Positions 1 to 12,049 of a DNA stretch of 64,000 bases are shown here, in pieces. A program made the translations under genes and the position numbers. This stretch comes from Octopus sinensis (taxonomy: Eukaryota). The DNA is taken from positions 16,678,001 through 16,742,000 of the forward strand of contig NC_043014.1 in assembly GCF_006345805.1 (NCBI RefSeq), read 5' to 3'. Under the pieces are notes generated by a model. It saw only the letters and a list, made by a program, of their open reading frames with translations. It was not told the origin of the DNA and did no database searches. How positions within the stretch are numbered: position 1 is the first letter of the stretch; each line of letters opens with the position of its first letter.

Positions 1-56
1 AAGCACTAAACTTGTAAAATAGTTCGCAGCATGCCCTGACATTTGGAATTCAAACT

Positions 57-271
57 CTGTTGGGGGGACAAACACAAACACACATATATATATACATATA
101 CATATATACAACGGGCTTCTTTCAGTTTCCGTCTACCAAATTCACTCACAAGGCTTTGGTCGGCCCGAAGCTATAGTAGAAGACACTTGCCCAAGGTGCC
201 ACGCAGTGGGACTGAACCCAGAACCATGCGGTTCATAAGCAAGCTACTTACCACACAGCCACTCCTATGCC
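57..271 (-). mobile_element. tRNA-derived SINE (Octopus OK/Meta-core-like), 5' part
   Basis: Reverse complement of ggagtggctgtgtggtaagtagc...ccttgggcaagtgtcttctactatag...ggaaactgaaagaagcccg; many copies in the window. Confidence 0.85.
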
Positions 272-340
272 TATCTTCAAAAAAAACAAAAAAAACGGAA
301 AGCAATGGACATGGAAATTAACAAAGCATAAAATACTCAC

Positions 341-533
341 CATACACCACACACACCAACAACTGTTCGACATTTGTTACAAAACCAACTACAGTTGGTC
401 AGTGTTTCGTTACATTTATGACACGTGGTGAGGATATTTGAAGACTGTTGGTTTAATATGGAAACTTCAGGGATTTTACTAAGTCTAATCACATCAGCAA
501 TAACCGACCATTGTTTAAACTGTTCTAATAAAT
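341..533 (-). CDS. WDR24: WDR24 coding exon (C-terminal helical region and start of Zn-binding region); next exon lies left of the window
   Basis: ttttcag|AT TTA...GTA TG|gtgagt. Encodes (D)LLEQFKQWSVIADVIRLSKIPEVSILNQQSSNILTTCHKCNETLTNCSWFCNKCRTVVGVCGV, matching recalled human DLLQRFRLWNVSNEVVKLS...CSHC...WVCDRC. Phase 1 to 2. Confidence 0.93.
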
Positions 534-1577
534 CTGAAAAACAAAGCAAAATTTCATTCAAGATATATAAAAAATTAATATATTTAGATTATGTTTTATC
601 TTTAAGTGGACGTTAAACGACGACGATGATGATGATGATGATGGTTAACAATGAACTATAAGGTTGAAAGGAATAAACTTTTACTTTTTTAAACATAGCA
701 AACATGCAAATCTGACAGATATGAATAAATTACTTTTTATTGACCCTTTGAAGTAATGATCCCTATAGTTGGTGTCTTCGAGAGAAGCTGTTTCCTCACA
801 CTCAAATCTTTGTATTGTTTTAAGATTGTTCTTAATTCAAGTACATGCACTGCACATATATTTGAACTCTGTTTTAAATGTAAACATTTAATTTATATAG
901 AATTTATAGACTTTAAAGTATACCACAAAGAAATTCTTTTAAAATGATTTAATGATTGGATAGAGGCCACTGCCCTTTGCAGCACTCAAAAGAATCAGGG
1001 CCCACAACTGTGCTTCTAAGGTTCAAAATTTGTGGTGGTATAGAAATATCAAAGAGCTGGAGGGTGAAACACAAGGATAGTAGAGAGTTCTATAAAGTTG
1101 AAATGATCAACTGCATGCGATATTTGGTGTTGATTTTTTTGAAACAAGCAAACAGCAACAACAGAAATTATATATATAAATAAAAGGGGCCAAATTGAAA
1201 ACCTAGCTACCTTGAGACTATTTTTGCAATGAGGGGGACATGGAACTTCTAAATAAATTCAAACACATGTAATAGTTTAATAAGTAAGCTTTATTTATTG
1301 AACATCAAAACATGAATGTTGATAGCAGCTTAAAATATTGCTTTTATAAACCTTTTTCGAGATAAAAAAAAACATTAATGGTTTAAAAAGATGTGTAACT
1401 TATTTTGGTACTTCTCAAAATAGGCCAAGTCCATATTGAGAAGTGGTTGATCATAGAAAAGGCATCCAACCACAGAAACCGTGACAAAAATGGGATGTAT
1501 GATGAAGGTAAGCTTTACAAGCTGCATTGTGGGTTACCTGTTTAGAAGGGCAATGACTCCAATTAAGAACTGGTACA

Positions 1578-1810
1578 GGTAGTTGTCGGAGCACTGCATC
1601 CTTCAAAACTTCCATGCTTCCTGAGATTCGCCAACACTACACCTGATTTTCTCTCCTCCATACACACGCAAGCATGTATCTGACTCATACACTGTTCACT
1701 TCCCAGACATTTGTACATTACTGCATATGCTTTATACGCAATTCTGACAAGTTGTGGTGCACCTGAGCACTGTATACAATAATTTTCTTATTATTCATCA
1801 TTATTATTAT
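1578..1810 (+). mobile_element. CR1 LINE 3' end fragment
   Basis: Near-identical to the 3' end of the 17475-17975 copy (gcactgcatccttcaaaacttccatg...gcactgtatacaataa). Confidence 0.8.
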
Positions 1811-2245
1811 TATAGAAAGGACACTTTGATCTTTCTCCTGACAACCTGTCTGGTATTAAAGGCACAAAATGCCATCAGTTCATGTGATAGAGTGGTTGGC
1901 AACAGGAAAGGCATCTAGCCATAGAAACCAAGACAAAAACGTAATGTATGAAGAAGACATAGATGCTGCACACGAGATTGCAAGCCACAGCTTGTGGGGG
2001 AAATAATTCTGAGTAAAAAATAACAGAGGGTAAGGAATTTCTTTGGTTATGATGCAGACAACCTCTTTAGAGCCAGTGACAACATAAAATGCACCCAGTC
2101 CATATTGTAAGACATACACAGCAATCGAATTGGTTAACATTCCTTGCTGGTGTGTGCGTGTACCAAGATAATGGGAGAATGACAAGTGATGAAAGGATGT
2201 GAGATTCACCTAACTTATACTTGCATGGAAATACAAATAAAAGGA

Positions 2246-2620
2246 ACTAGCACTATGACCCAGCAACGCCGGGTCATAGTGCTAGTGCATGCATATACAG
2301 CTGCGTGCGTGTGCACATACACGTGAGTACTGTTCAAATCTCCGATCAATCACATACAGCTAGCTGACATTCAATTGACATATCAAGTTTCGGGCATTTT
2401 TATTGGGTTTTGGATAGAAAATTCACAAAAAAAGTCACTTCTATTGATTTTTTAATGGCTTTGCAGGATGACTGGGGAAATGTAAAGATGTGCACGACCA
2501 CCCTTGGACGGTTTTGAATGACCATAGAAAGTGCAAGCCCTCTAACTGAAAAATTGTGGGTTTGTATAAAGGATACACACACACACAGAAAGACATTTTG
2601 CCATTTATATATATAGAGAT
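2246..2620 (-). mobile_element. Non-autonomous Helitron with a 16-bp terminal palindrome
   Basis: On the minus strand it starts ATCTCTATATAT and ends in a hairpin plus CTAGT; second copy at 18729. Confidence 0.75.
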
Positions 2621-2804
2621 AATGATGATGATGATGATGATGGTGATAATGGTAATGATGATAGTGATAGATAATCAACTGATTAAAATAGAGCTAATCA
2701 GAGTTAATCACAAACAAATTATATTTTCATTGACGATGTATTTATGCTGAACAGAAAACTTTTTAAAATAACCCATGCAAAACATTAAAAGAAACTTTAC
2801 ATAC

Positions 2805-2907
2805 CAATATAGCTTAGGAACCAACTTGTCCGCACTTTCAGATCAATTTCTGGCTGGATGCGATCCCCCAGGACAATCAACATAGAAACGGTTGACTGAA
2901 TGTCTTC
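2805..2907 (-). CDS. WDR24: WDR24 coding exon
   Basis: ttcaag|GAA...ATT G|gtatgt. EDIQSTVSMLIVLGDRIQPEIDLKVRTSWFLSYI vs human [34 protein letters not shown]. Phase 0 to 1. Confidence 0.93.
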
Positions 2908-3167
2908 CTTGAATAAGAGATATTATACCAATGTTTTATACAACTGTTAACTTTAAGAAACAAATTTCTATATTTTCTGTCTTAGAATGAATAAAAATGT
3001 TTTAACAAAGCCTTGCATTTACATATCACTTCTTATTACAACTCAACACCTTTGTAACAACTTAAATATAGAGTTTGGAAATTGTTTGTCAACCAAGTAG
3101 CATTACAGCTGTAGTAAAGTTTGAACATACAGTCAGCATTTTAGCACCTTAAATCATTACACTTCAT

Positions 3168-3360
3168 GAGGTGGCAGAAACGTTAGCATGCCAGGCGAAT
3201 TGCTTAGCAGTATTTCTTCTGCTGTTATGTTCTGAGTTCAAATTTCACCGGGGTCGATAAATTAAGTACCAGTTACGCACTGGATCGATATAATTGACTT
3301 AATCCGTTTGTCTGTCTTTGCTTGACCCCTCTGTGTTTAGCCCCTTGTGGGTAGTAAAAG
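3168..3360 (+). mobile_element. Nin/Deu-domain-like tRNA SINE (similar copies 27850-28079 -, 28560-28742 -, 36250-36476 -, 14620-14900 -)
   Basis: gaggtggcagaaacgttagc...gagttcaaatt...ggggtcgataaattaagtaccag...agccccttgtgggtagtaaa. Core resembles the Nin domain as recalled. Confidence 0.7.
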
Positions 3361-4477
3361 AACAAGCATATAAGAAAAAACAGTCATGTAAGAGAGCTTA
3401 AGAAGACCATGATGTTTGATAAAATCATCCTAAAAATTTATTCTCAATTCATTTTGGGACTGAGAGTACATATTACCAATCAAAGGAACCTCTACTGTGA
3501 AACCAGTTAAGATTCTTGACTTGTATCCTGTCGCTGACAGGATCTTGTCTTTTGTTCACAGCCAAGCCAAAACAACGAACAAGTCTATAGAGCTCTCAAA
3601 CTAGATACTATAAGTAGCATAATTCATGAAAGGGGGAATTGGTAGCACAATAGAACTGGGGGGAATAGTTTATTGGCATGTACTGATAAATTCAATTCAT
3701 CCAGTGAAAAAGTCACCTACAACAGACTGGAGTCATATCCAGTGGAAGATTGACCTTACATTCACCTAATAATACATAACCTGAAGATAGGCTCTAGCAC
3801 TCTGCCTACTTCATCATCAATTTAAGGTCCACATTTCCATGCTTGCATGGGTCAGACGGAATTTGTTGAAGCAGGTTTTTTTATGTTTGGCTGCTCTTTT
3901 GTCACCAACCTTTACTCATTTCCAAGCAGTGTAATATTTCTCTTTGGACAGACATGTTTTTATTGAAGATTGGAAATGAATGACACCACCTGTGTGCCAG
4001 TGACACTCATTTACAACCATCACATAATGTTACAACAAGGAGGTACAAAATACATATACACACATATACACAGGCATCTTTCAGTTTCCATGTACCAAAT
4101 CCACTCACAAGGCTTTGGATGGTCCAAGACCACAATGGAAGGCACTTGTCCAAGGTGTCACACAGTGGGAATAAACCCAAACCCATGTGATTAGGAAGCA
4201 AACTTTTTGACCAAACAGTTATGGCGATACTTATTTGTGTGTGATCCAGAAAAGGATTACATTTTAAAAATTGCAGGATTCATCATTACAAAGAGACTAT
4301 AACTTCGTGCAATAAATGTGGATTGAAATAATTACAATTAACAGACTTTGGGATATGGCAAATGCTACAAAGCAATTTTGCAAATAAAAATTTTTCTAAA
4401 CATTAATTTTGTTGCATCTGTAATTGCTTAACAAATGTTTGACATTCCTGTCTAAAATTTGGATTTTGCTACAGGTA

Positions 4478-4847
4478 CAGTAATCCCTTGACTATCGCAG
4501 GTGTTACATTCCAAAAACCCCTGCGATAGGTGAAAAATCCTTGAAGTAGAAACAGTACTGTACTGTATATTGTTATAAATTATTTTTATAATTTGCATAT
4601 ATATTTGTTTTATTTTTATATATTTAAGCTTTTATAAACTCTCTCCACACTCTTAGGAGTACCTGTGTCTTTTATTTAGACGTGAAAATGCTTATTTTAC
4701 CACAGAAGTAATTAAAATCTAAAAAGATATAAAAACCTATTGGCCACAGAAACCCATGATATACTAAGGAGTCCACAATATAAATTTACATATATTAGCC
4801 AGAAAAATCTGCGATGTACTGAGGGCGCAATAGGTGAGTGATTACTG
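4478..4847. mobile_element. pogo/Tigger-type MITE
   Basis: TA|CAGTAATCCC...GTGATTACTG|TA: terminal inverted repeats with TA duplication. Confidence 0.7.
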
Positions 4848-5126
4848 TATTGCACTGTGTTTTGGGTAACCCCAAGCCCCAGTTTTGGTAAGGTAGAAAT
4901 ATGTACTGAAATGTCCAACTGGGTAATTTCAAATAGGCTTGCATCCATTCAAATCTCTTTGCAAGACACTTAATTCAACATGTTTCAGTTTTCTTAAAAG
5001 CATGAAATAGTTGCTTCTCAGGGTATTTGTAAGAGAGCAGAGCTCTACTCTGAGGGGAGATTTACCTCTCTTCCACTTAACACCATATAAATCCTTGCAG
5101 TTGTGAGAAGATTAACTACTAACTAT

Positions 5127-5520
5127 AGGCGTAGGAGTGGCTGTGTGATAAGTAGCTTGCTTACCAACCACATGGTTCCTGGTTCAGTTCCACTGCATGG
5201 CACCTTGGGTAAGTGTCTTCTACTATAGCCTAGGGCTGACCAAAGCTTTGTGAGTGGATTTGGTAGACGGAAACAGAAAGAAGCCCGTTGTATATATGTA
5301 TGTATATGTTTGTGTGTCTGTGTTTGTCCCCCCAACATTGCTTGACAACCGATACTGGTGTATTTACGTCCCCGTAACTTAGTGGTTCGGCAAAAGAGAC
5401 CGATAGAATAAGTACTGGGCTTACAAAGAATAAGTCCTGGGACCGATTTGCTCGACTAAAGGCGGTGCTCCAGCATGGCCACAGTCAAATGACTGAAACA
5501 AGTAAAAAAGTAAAAGAGTA
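5127..5520 (+). mobile_element. Full-length tRNA SINE (OK/Meta-like); extra 3' tail copy at 5730-5852
   Basis: tRNA-like head aggcgtaggagtggctgtgtg, core, (TA/TG)n middle and tail ...tgactgaaacaagtaaa. Confidence 0.85.
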
Positions 5521-5892
5521 ATAAGTGAGGAATGTCAGAGATCAAGTTCTCGGTAGATTGAGATTTCATTAAGCGATATTTGTGATCACTGAGAGAAAGA
5601 AGGACTCAAGGGAATTATTAACGACAGCTTCAATCATCTTTAGTAAGTTTGGATCCCAAACATCGTTGACATGTTAGGGATCCAAAGGGCCAGTGTAATT
5701 TTAGCTTAGTGGGAGGTTGTAGGATGCAAAAGAGACCGATAGAATAAGTACTAGGCTTACAAAGAATAAGTCCTGGGGTCGATTTGCTCGACTAAAGGTG
5801 GTGCTCCAGCATGGCCGCAGTCAAATGACTGAAACAAGAGTAAAAGAGAGTAACTGTATATAAGCTATAAAGTATTATGATTACTGACTTAC

Positions 5893-6150
5893 TTCAGCAT
5901 AAGCAACAAGCATATCCGTAACCAGGGAGCTATAGTCCCACTGTGGTATAATGGGGAGTTTCACATTGATGTTGAGATCGTTCACTGCGGCGCCATTACT
6001 GATTGTTTCTTTATGGTTATGACTTGTAGCTTGAAATGAATTGTCATCACTGTCGCTTGCGGGTGAATAGTGAGGAGGAGGCACTGGTGGCACATTGCTA
6101 AAGTCAAGCTCATGACGAGGTTGGAAGGGTTCTACTGGAAGAGACCAATT
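5893..6150 (-). CDS. WDR24: WDR24 coding exon
   Basis: ccaacag|AAT TGG...GCT GAA|gtaagt. NWSLPVEPFQPRHEL...WDYSSLVTDMLVAYAE vs human VLPQEAFPLRHEI...DFFGVLVRDMLHFYAE. 86 codons, phase 0 to 0. Confidence 0.92.
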
Positions 6151-6219
6151 CTGTTGGAAAAAAAAAATTATACTGGATGTAAGGAAGATGAATTTTAAAA
6201 TATCTAACTAATGTCTTAA

Positions 6220-6440
6220 CCCTTTTGTTACCAATCTGGCCAAAACCAGCTCTGGCTCTGTAGTACAAATGTCTTGTTTTCATAAGTTTTGCATTAAAAT
6301 ATACCACCAAACCTTAGTCGCAATTTATGTTCCTAACACTTGTTTAATGATAACTAAGTTATTTTACTAAATTCTTTGTTATATTTAAAATAATTGAAAG
6401 AAACACAGAGCATCTCAAAATAAATATAGTAACGAAAGGG
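6220..6440. mobile_element. piggyBac-type MITE (copies 26239-26454, 33664-33882)
   Basis: TTAA|CCCTTTTGTTAC...GTAACGAAAGGG|TTAA; about 220 bp, repeated in the window. Confidence 0.8.
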
Positions 6441-6534
6441 TTAATACAAATTCTTTTGATGAATTTTTAACAACTAAGACACATAAAATATTCTTCTAAA
6501 ATCATTCATAATCATCTTTATCATACAATTGTTG

Positions 6535-6876
6535 TTGCCAGAGCGGCTAACTGGCTTCCGTGCCGGTGGCATGTAGGAGGCACCATTAGAGCGAGATCGT
6601 TACCAGCATCGCCTTACTGGCACCTGTGCCATTGGCATGTGTACAAAGATTTGAACGAGGTCGTTGCCAGTACCGCCTGACTGGCCCCCGTACCGGTGGC
6701 ACGTAAAAGCACCCACTACATGCTCGGAGTGGTTGGCATTAGGAAGGGCATCCAGCTGTAGAAACTCTGTCAGATCAGATTGAAGCCTGGTGCAGCCATC
6801 TGGTTCACCACACCTCAGTCAAATCGTCCAACCCATGCTAGCATGGAAAGCGGACGTTAAACGATGATGATGATGA
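6535..6876 (+). mobile_element. 5'-truncated RTE 3' UTR (similar: 13470-13945 +, 23606-23975 -, 24740-24975 -, 33068-33357 -, 48012-48378 +, 58303-58588 +)
   Basis: ~60-bp modules, then cacccactacactctcggagtggttggcgttaggaaggg...catgctagcatggaaagcggacgttaaac(gat)n: the same terminus as the ORF-bearing RTE copies. Confidence 0.85.
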
Positions 6877-6997
6877 ATGATCTGAAAGCAAATGAACTGA
6901 AGGAAACATGACCAAATGCTGTAAATCACTCATAAGTATAAGATGTGCTCTCAATACAGTTTACTTATGGCCCTTTATTTAGATATTTCTATATTAC

Positions 6998-7302
6998 ACT
7001 AGCAGTATCGCCCGGCGTTGCTCGGGTTTGTAAGGGAAATAACTATATAAGAATTTTTAGAGAGTTACTTCCCTTATATAATAGCAAAAAAATGCATTAA
7101 AAATGGGAAAAAATTATGGTAAATGTTTTTTTAAATCGTAGACTCATCGTAGACGCGCGCTAATACCCAGAAGGGCTCGATATGAATCACGACTACAAGA
7201 TACCCGCTTTTGGTTAACCTGCACCGCAAAATGTGGGAGTAGTTTGGAATCTAAATCGTAGGAGACAGACACTCACACAACTTCACTTTTATATATAAAG
7301 AT
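6998..7302 (-). mobile_element. Non-autonomous Helitron (related: 11431-11830 +, 25833-26219 -, 27198-27566 +, 38421-38554 -, 46295-46693 +)
   Basis: 5' ATCT(T/C)TATATA and 3' cccgagcaacgccgggcgatactgCTAG|T: hairpin plus CTAG, inserted between A and T. Confidence 0.8.
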
Positions 7303-8333
7303 TACGTGTCTGAACTACTGATGTCATTGTTGTGTTTGAAAGTTGATCAAACTGAATTTGTACAGGATATTTTAACACTAATTTCTGGTTGAGGGGTTGA
7401 CTTCTCCAAAGAAGCATTCAATGTAGTAGCATAGTAATAGTAAGGGTGCATTTGATGCTGTGTAGTGTTGTTGTTTAACCCTGGGTTAGCTTTGACTGAG
7501 TAGACCTATAACCAACACCATTCAGCAGTGTCTGTTCTGCCTTTTTTATGTGTCATATTCAAAGTATCCTTCTGTTTTTTAAGATAGAAGGGTGAACTTC
7601 AAGGAAGATTTGGCTGCCATTTCTGGCATGTTGAGCACCCCTAACAGTCTGTACATATATTGAGTGTGATGTAGTAGATGCAAGTATAGAGTAATTGTAG
7701 TAATGTAGATTTGATGGTTTTATTAGCATTAAGTAATTCTTGTGGATGGATTCCATCCTCCACTCCCAAGTGACTAAAAGTGGACTGACCCATTGCTATA
7801 AAATACTGTGAGTAATTGGAGTAAGCAGTCCATTTCGAGCCATTGATTGAGAGAGTTGAGTCTCGTTTAATAATAATCGTATTGCGTCATGTAAATATTT
7901 CTTTCCCCTGCTTTGTTATATATCCAACATCAGGATATAAAAGTAATTAAGGAACATCTTATAGCAAGCTTAACCCATGAGAGGATCTGTACTCAGAAAA
8001 GGAGGCTAACAAAATATTTTTCAGTTAAATACTGTTCCCATAAGTTAAAAACTATTAAATCTATAACTGTAAGACCAAACTCCTTTCTATGATGAAAGAA
8101 ACTAAAGATTATTCATGTATTTGACACAACGATCTTGACAAAGATGTTTTCTATGAAGTTGAAAATATCTCTCCAAATGAAAACCAAAGAAAGCGTTAAA
8201 GAAAAAGAAGAGTAATGAGAGGAGTGATTTATATTTAAAGAGTGCAAAGTAAAGGTAAAAGAAATCTTATAAAAGCAGAAGCTTTTGTTAAAACAAAAGT
8301 TTTACTGAAAATGCCATCAAAGTTAATACAAAC

Positions 8334-8500
8334 ATATCTATCATGAAGTACACTGTCAGCATCTTCTCGGTCATAAGAGAAATCTGTGTCTCCTTCACCA
8401 AAGAAAAAGTCTCCTTCGCCAAAGAAAAAGTCTCCTGTCTGACTGGCTAAACCAGTTTCTTGAACTTCATTTTCTAGGTCAGATTCTTCTTCACTGCATC
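8334..8500 (-). CDS. WDR24: WDR24 coding exon (acidic linker with duplicated GDFFFGE motif); donor position less certain
   Basis: ctacag|GA TGC AGT GAA...AGA TAT|gtttgt. CSEEESDLENEVQETGLASQTGDFFFGEGDFFFGEGDTDFSYDREDADSVLHDRY. Phase 1 to 0 fits both neighbours; the GTTTGT donor is weak. Confidence 0.8.
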
Positions 8501-8555
8501 CTGTAGAAAAAAAATAATCTCTATATATAAAACTGAGGATGTGTGTGTGTGTGTG

Positions 8556-8599
<44 letters not shown>

Positions 8600-10274
8600 T
8601 TTGTGTAAACCCGCAGAACTTCTGAAGTTTGCAACTGATTTTCTCTAAACTGGGGACATACACTACTTATGCTCCAGAGATGGTTTTAGACTCTTAAAAT
8701 TTGTCATATAATGTGTAATGGGGCCCCTGGGGGCAGAAAACTCCCTTTCCTGGGGTACATACAACTGCCTGCATGGTCCATGCATTGCTTCTGTTCAAAC
8801 TGGAAAAAAACAATAACTGAAATGATATAAGTAGGTTGTATTAAATGGATGAACCAATGTAAACTTCAAACAGAATTGTCTAAGTGGTAGCAATAATAGC
8901 CTGTTCCCGTAATACCATAGGTAGCGATTTGTTGGAATAAAAACCATTTGAAATGCACAATGTTTATTATGAAAAATGTGCTAAAATATGTTAAATCCTG
9001 AGCAACTATTCAACTATTTTATTTTAGCTTCAATATCAGTCTTTCTTCTAAACCTAGACAAAGCTCATACAAATATTCTTCAACTATTGATTACAAACCA
9101 AAATATCACATGTACATTAACCTACTAAATTATGGTGTCTAAGACCTAACCATGTTAGAGATCGTGTCCTTAATGAGACCTTGAGTACCCAAATGCTGCA
9201 TGCAGAACTGCATTTGTTTGGGAGCTGAGTTGTCCTCACAATGGTCACACGCTGTTTACACAAAGCAGTGCATGGTTGAGCCATGACTACTGATTCTCAA
9301 CCATGTCGGCAACCCAACCCCGTTTGTTAGAGACCGTGTCCTTAATGTGATCTTGCATACCTCGATGCTGCATGCAGAATCGTTTCCATTTGGGAGCTGA
9401 GTTGTGTTCACAATGGTCACATGCTGTTTACACAAAGGAGTGCACAGCTGAGCCACAAATATTGATTCCAAACTGATATATCGCATGACAGTGTTGTTTC
9501 CAAGCACTTCCTTGCCAATCACCCCCACCGCCTTACCATGTCATTTCTTTCATGCGATGCTGTTGAGAGTGCCCACAGACTACATCACCTAGATGTAGTT
9601 CCTATGTCTGCTGATTGTTCAGTTTGGTTGTGGCTGTGCTGACAGCTGCAAAGGAGAGTATATCCACTGAGAGCATTTTGGTGCATTCAAAAATCACATA
9701 CCACCCATCAACTTTTCCATGACAAGGTTAGGGCTTGGAATCTTTTGTATGGATGCATGACAGGTCACTTAGTTGAATGAGCCCTTCATTTAATCCACAA
9801 ATGTTTTATCGTCAGCGCTGCACTTCCCCATATCACATGTTTCAACTTAACTGTACCATATATACAAAGTATGCCATTTAAATCTCAAGCAATGCCGGGT
9901 ATGTCTGCTAATTTGATATAAATTATCACTATCATCATTAATTTTAAATTATCTTTTCAATAGGAGTATGGATTATGGGCTGTACATCATGGCAGTAAGA
10001 TGCAGTTTGTTTTAATTTTGGAATTGCTAACTTAAGGGAATTTAGGAGAAATTCTAACTGAATTCCACATTAATCATGTAGTAGATACATCTCTCTCTTT
10101 TCAGAAATGAATATCCAGTGTTAAGAACATCTCAGTTGTAGGTACAAGTGTGGGTAGTACCTACCACCCACATATGTAATTATGGACAAACAGTGGAAAC
10201 TAGTAAAAGAAAGAATAAATGGATACATACACCATATTTTATGCTTTTCAGTTTTAATACATCTTAAGATAACT

Positions 10275-10493
10275 AGGGTACTCTTTACTCTTTTACTCAT
10301 TTCAGTTATTTGACTGTGGCCATGCTGGAGCACCGCCTTTAGTCGAGCAAATCGACCCCAGGACTTATTCTTTGTAAGCCTAGTACTTATTCTATCGGTC
10401 TCTTATGCCGAACCGCTAAGTTATGGGGACGTAAACACACCACCATCGGTTGTCAAGCGATGTTGGGGTACACACACAGACACACAAACATAT

Positions 10494-10572
<79 letters not shown>

Positions 10573-10738
10573 TATGACGGGCTTCTTTCATTTTCCGTCT
10601 ACCAAATCCACTCACAAGGCTTTGGTCGGCCCGAGGCTATAGTAGAAGACACTTGTCCAAGGTGCCATGCAGTGGGACTGAACCCGGAACCATGTGGTTC
10701 GTAAGCAAGCTACTTACTACACAGCCAATCCTACGCCT
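10275..10738 (-). mobile_element. Full-length tRNA SINE (OK/Meta-like) with internal (CA)n(TA)n
   Basis: Reverse complement of the 5127-5520 family. Confidence 0.85.
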
Positions 10739-10919
10739 ACATACATCATATTTTATGTTTTAATACATCTTAAGATAACTAGAGTACATACATCATATGC
10801 AATCTTTTTCACTGGTAACATATCCCAAGATACCTAGACATATGGAATATTTCAGTAATGTTAGAATATTCGGATTCATCACAATATGAAGCCAGATTCA
10901 TAAATAATAAACAACGTAC

Positions 10920-10973
10920 CTGAGGTGTTTTCTCCACAACTTTTCTTGGGAGTTGCATCAGCAATTTTCCCAA
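10920..10973 (-). CDS. WDR24: WDR24 short coding exon
   Basis: ttttacag|TT GGG...TCA G|gtacgt. (I)GKIADATPKKSCGENTS. 54 nt, phase 1 to 1, bridges the flanking exons in frame. Confidence 0.75.
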
Positions 10974-11828
10974 CTGTAAAATATACAAAACAGACATTTG
11001 AATGAGAGGGGAGTGGAGTATGTATGTATTTTAACCAAAACTTTCTGTCTAATTCTTGCAAACTGGGGACAATTTTCAGACAGGTTCAATTATCGAAAGT
11101 ATTTAACCTTTCTTTAAAGACTACTTCATACAAAATGTAATGAAGTATCTATTTTTTAAACTAAGGCAAGTGAAACAATGTAAACTAATCTCAGAATGCA
11201 ATAAAATATCAATAACAAAGTAGGAAACTGTGGCTTAACGAGCCAGGCATGAGGTACACATTTGAAATAGTGAGAAACTTTAAAAACGTCAGGGAAAATT
11301 CCTGATTGATGTAGCCATTTGCCATAAAATTCTTCATGCTTACACACACACACTACACATCAGAAATAGCCAACTTAGAAAAGCTGGAGGGAGACCAAAA
11401 CAACTAAGGAGAAAAATGAAAAGGTCAAAGATATATATATATATATATATATAAAGCTGAAGTTGCCTGTGTATGGCAGGTTTGGTAGCCTTCAACTAAC
11501 ACTATCTCCTCCGAGACCCTGCGGCGCAAGTTGACCAAAATTGAGAGTATGATAGAAGAAGGCTTGCTCTTCATTCCGTAGAAGAAAAAATTCAAATCGG
11601 ACCATGTTAATATCAAAAATTATTTACATCAAAAAGGTGCTTTTTTTCTCTGAAAATCCCTATTTTTTATGATTTTTTGACTGCTGTGTCACCATTTTCT
11701 GGTGTATTTCAACCAGAAAAATGTTCACTTAAAGAGAATGACAAGCTACATAATGCAAAATTTTTACTTTTCAAAAATTCCAATTCTAAAGGGTCAAAAC
11801 AAACCCGAGCAATGCAGAGCGATACTGC

Positions 11829-11860
<32 letters not shown>

Positions 11861-12049
11861 AAGAGCAAGAAAATGTACATAACATATATCATATGATAAA
11901 TATATAACAATGATGTAGGAAGTTCTTTTTCAAATGAATGGTATTAGTTTGTCACTTTTAGAGACACTGTATTTTCATACTCTCTTAGAAGATATTTATA
12001 CTCCTTTTCTGCTGAGAGGACAGCTGAGACTGTGTGATTTCCATGTCTT

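Noticed and set aside
10421-10704. ORFs rich in HT/YI/CV runs (also 38502-38764, 41582-42168, 44780-45154)
   Set aside because: Translations of (CA)n, (TA)n and (TG)n microsatellites.
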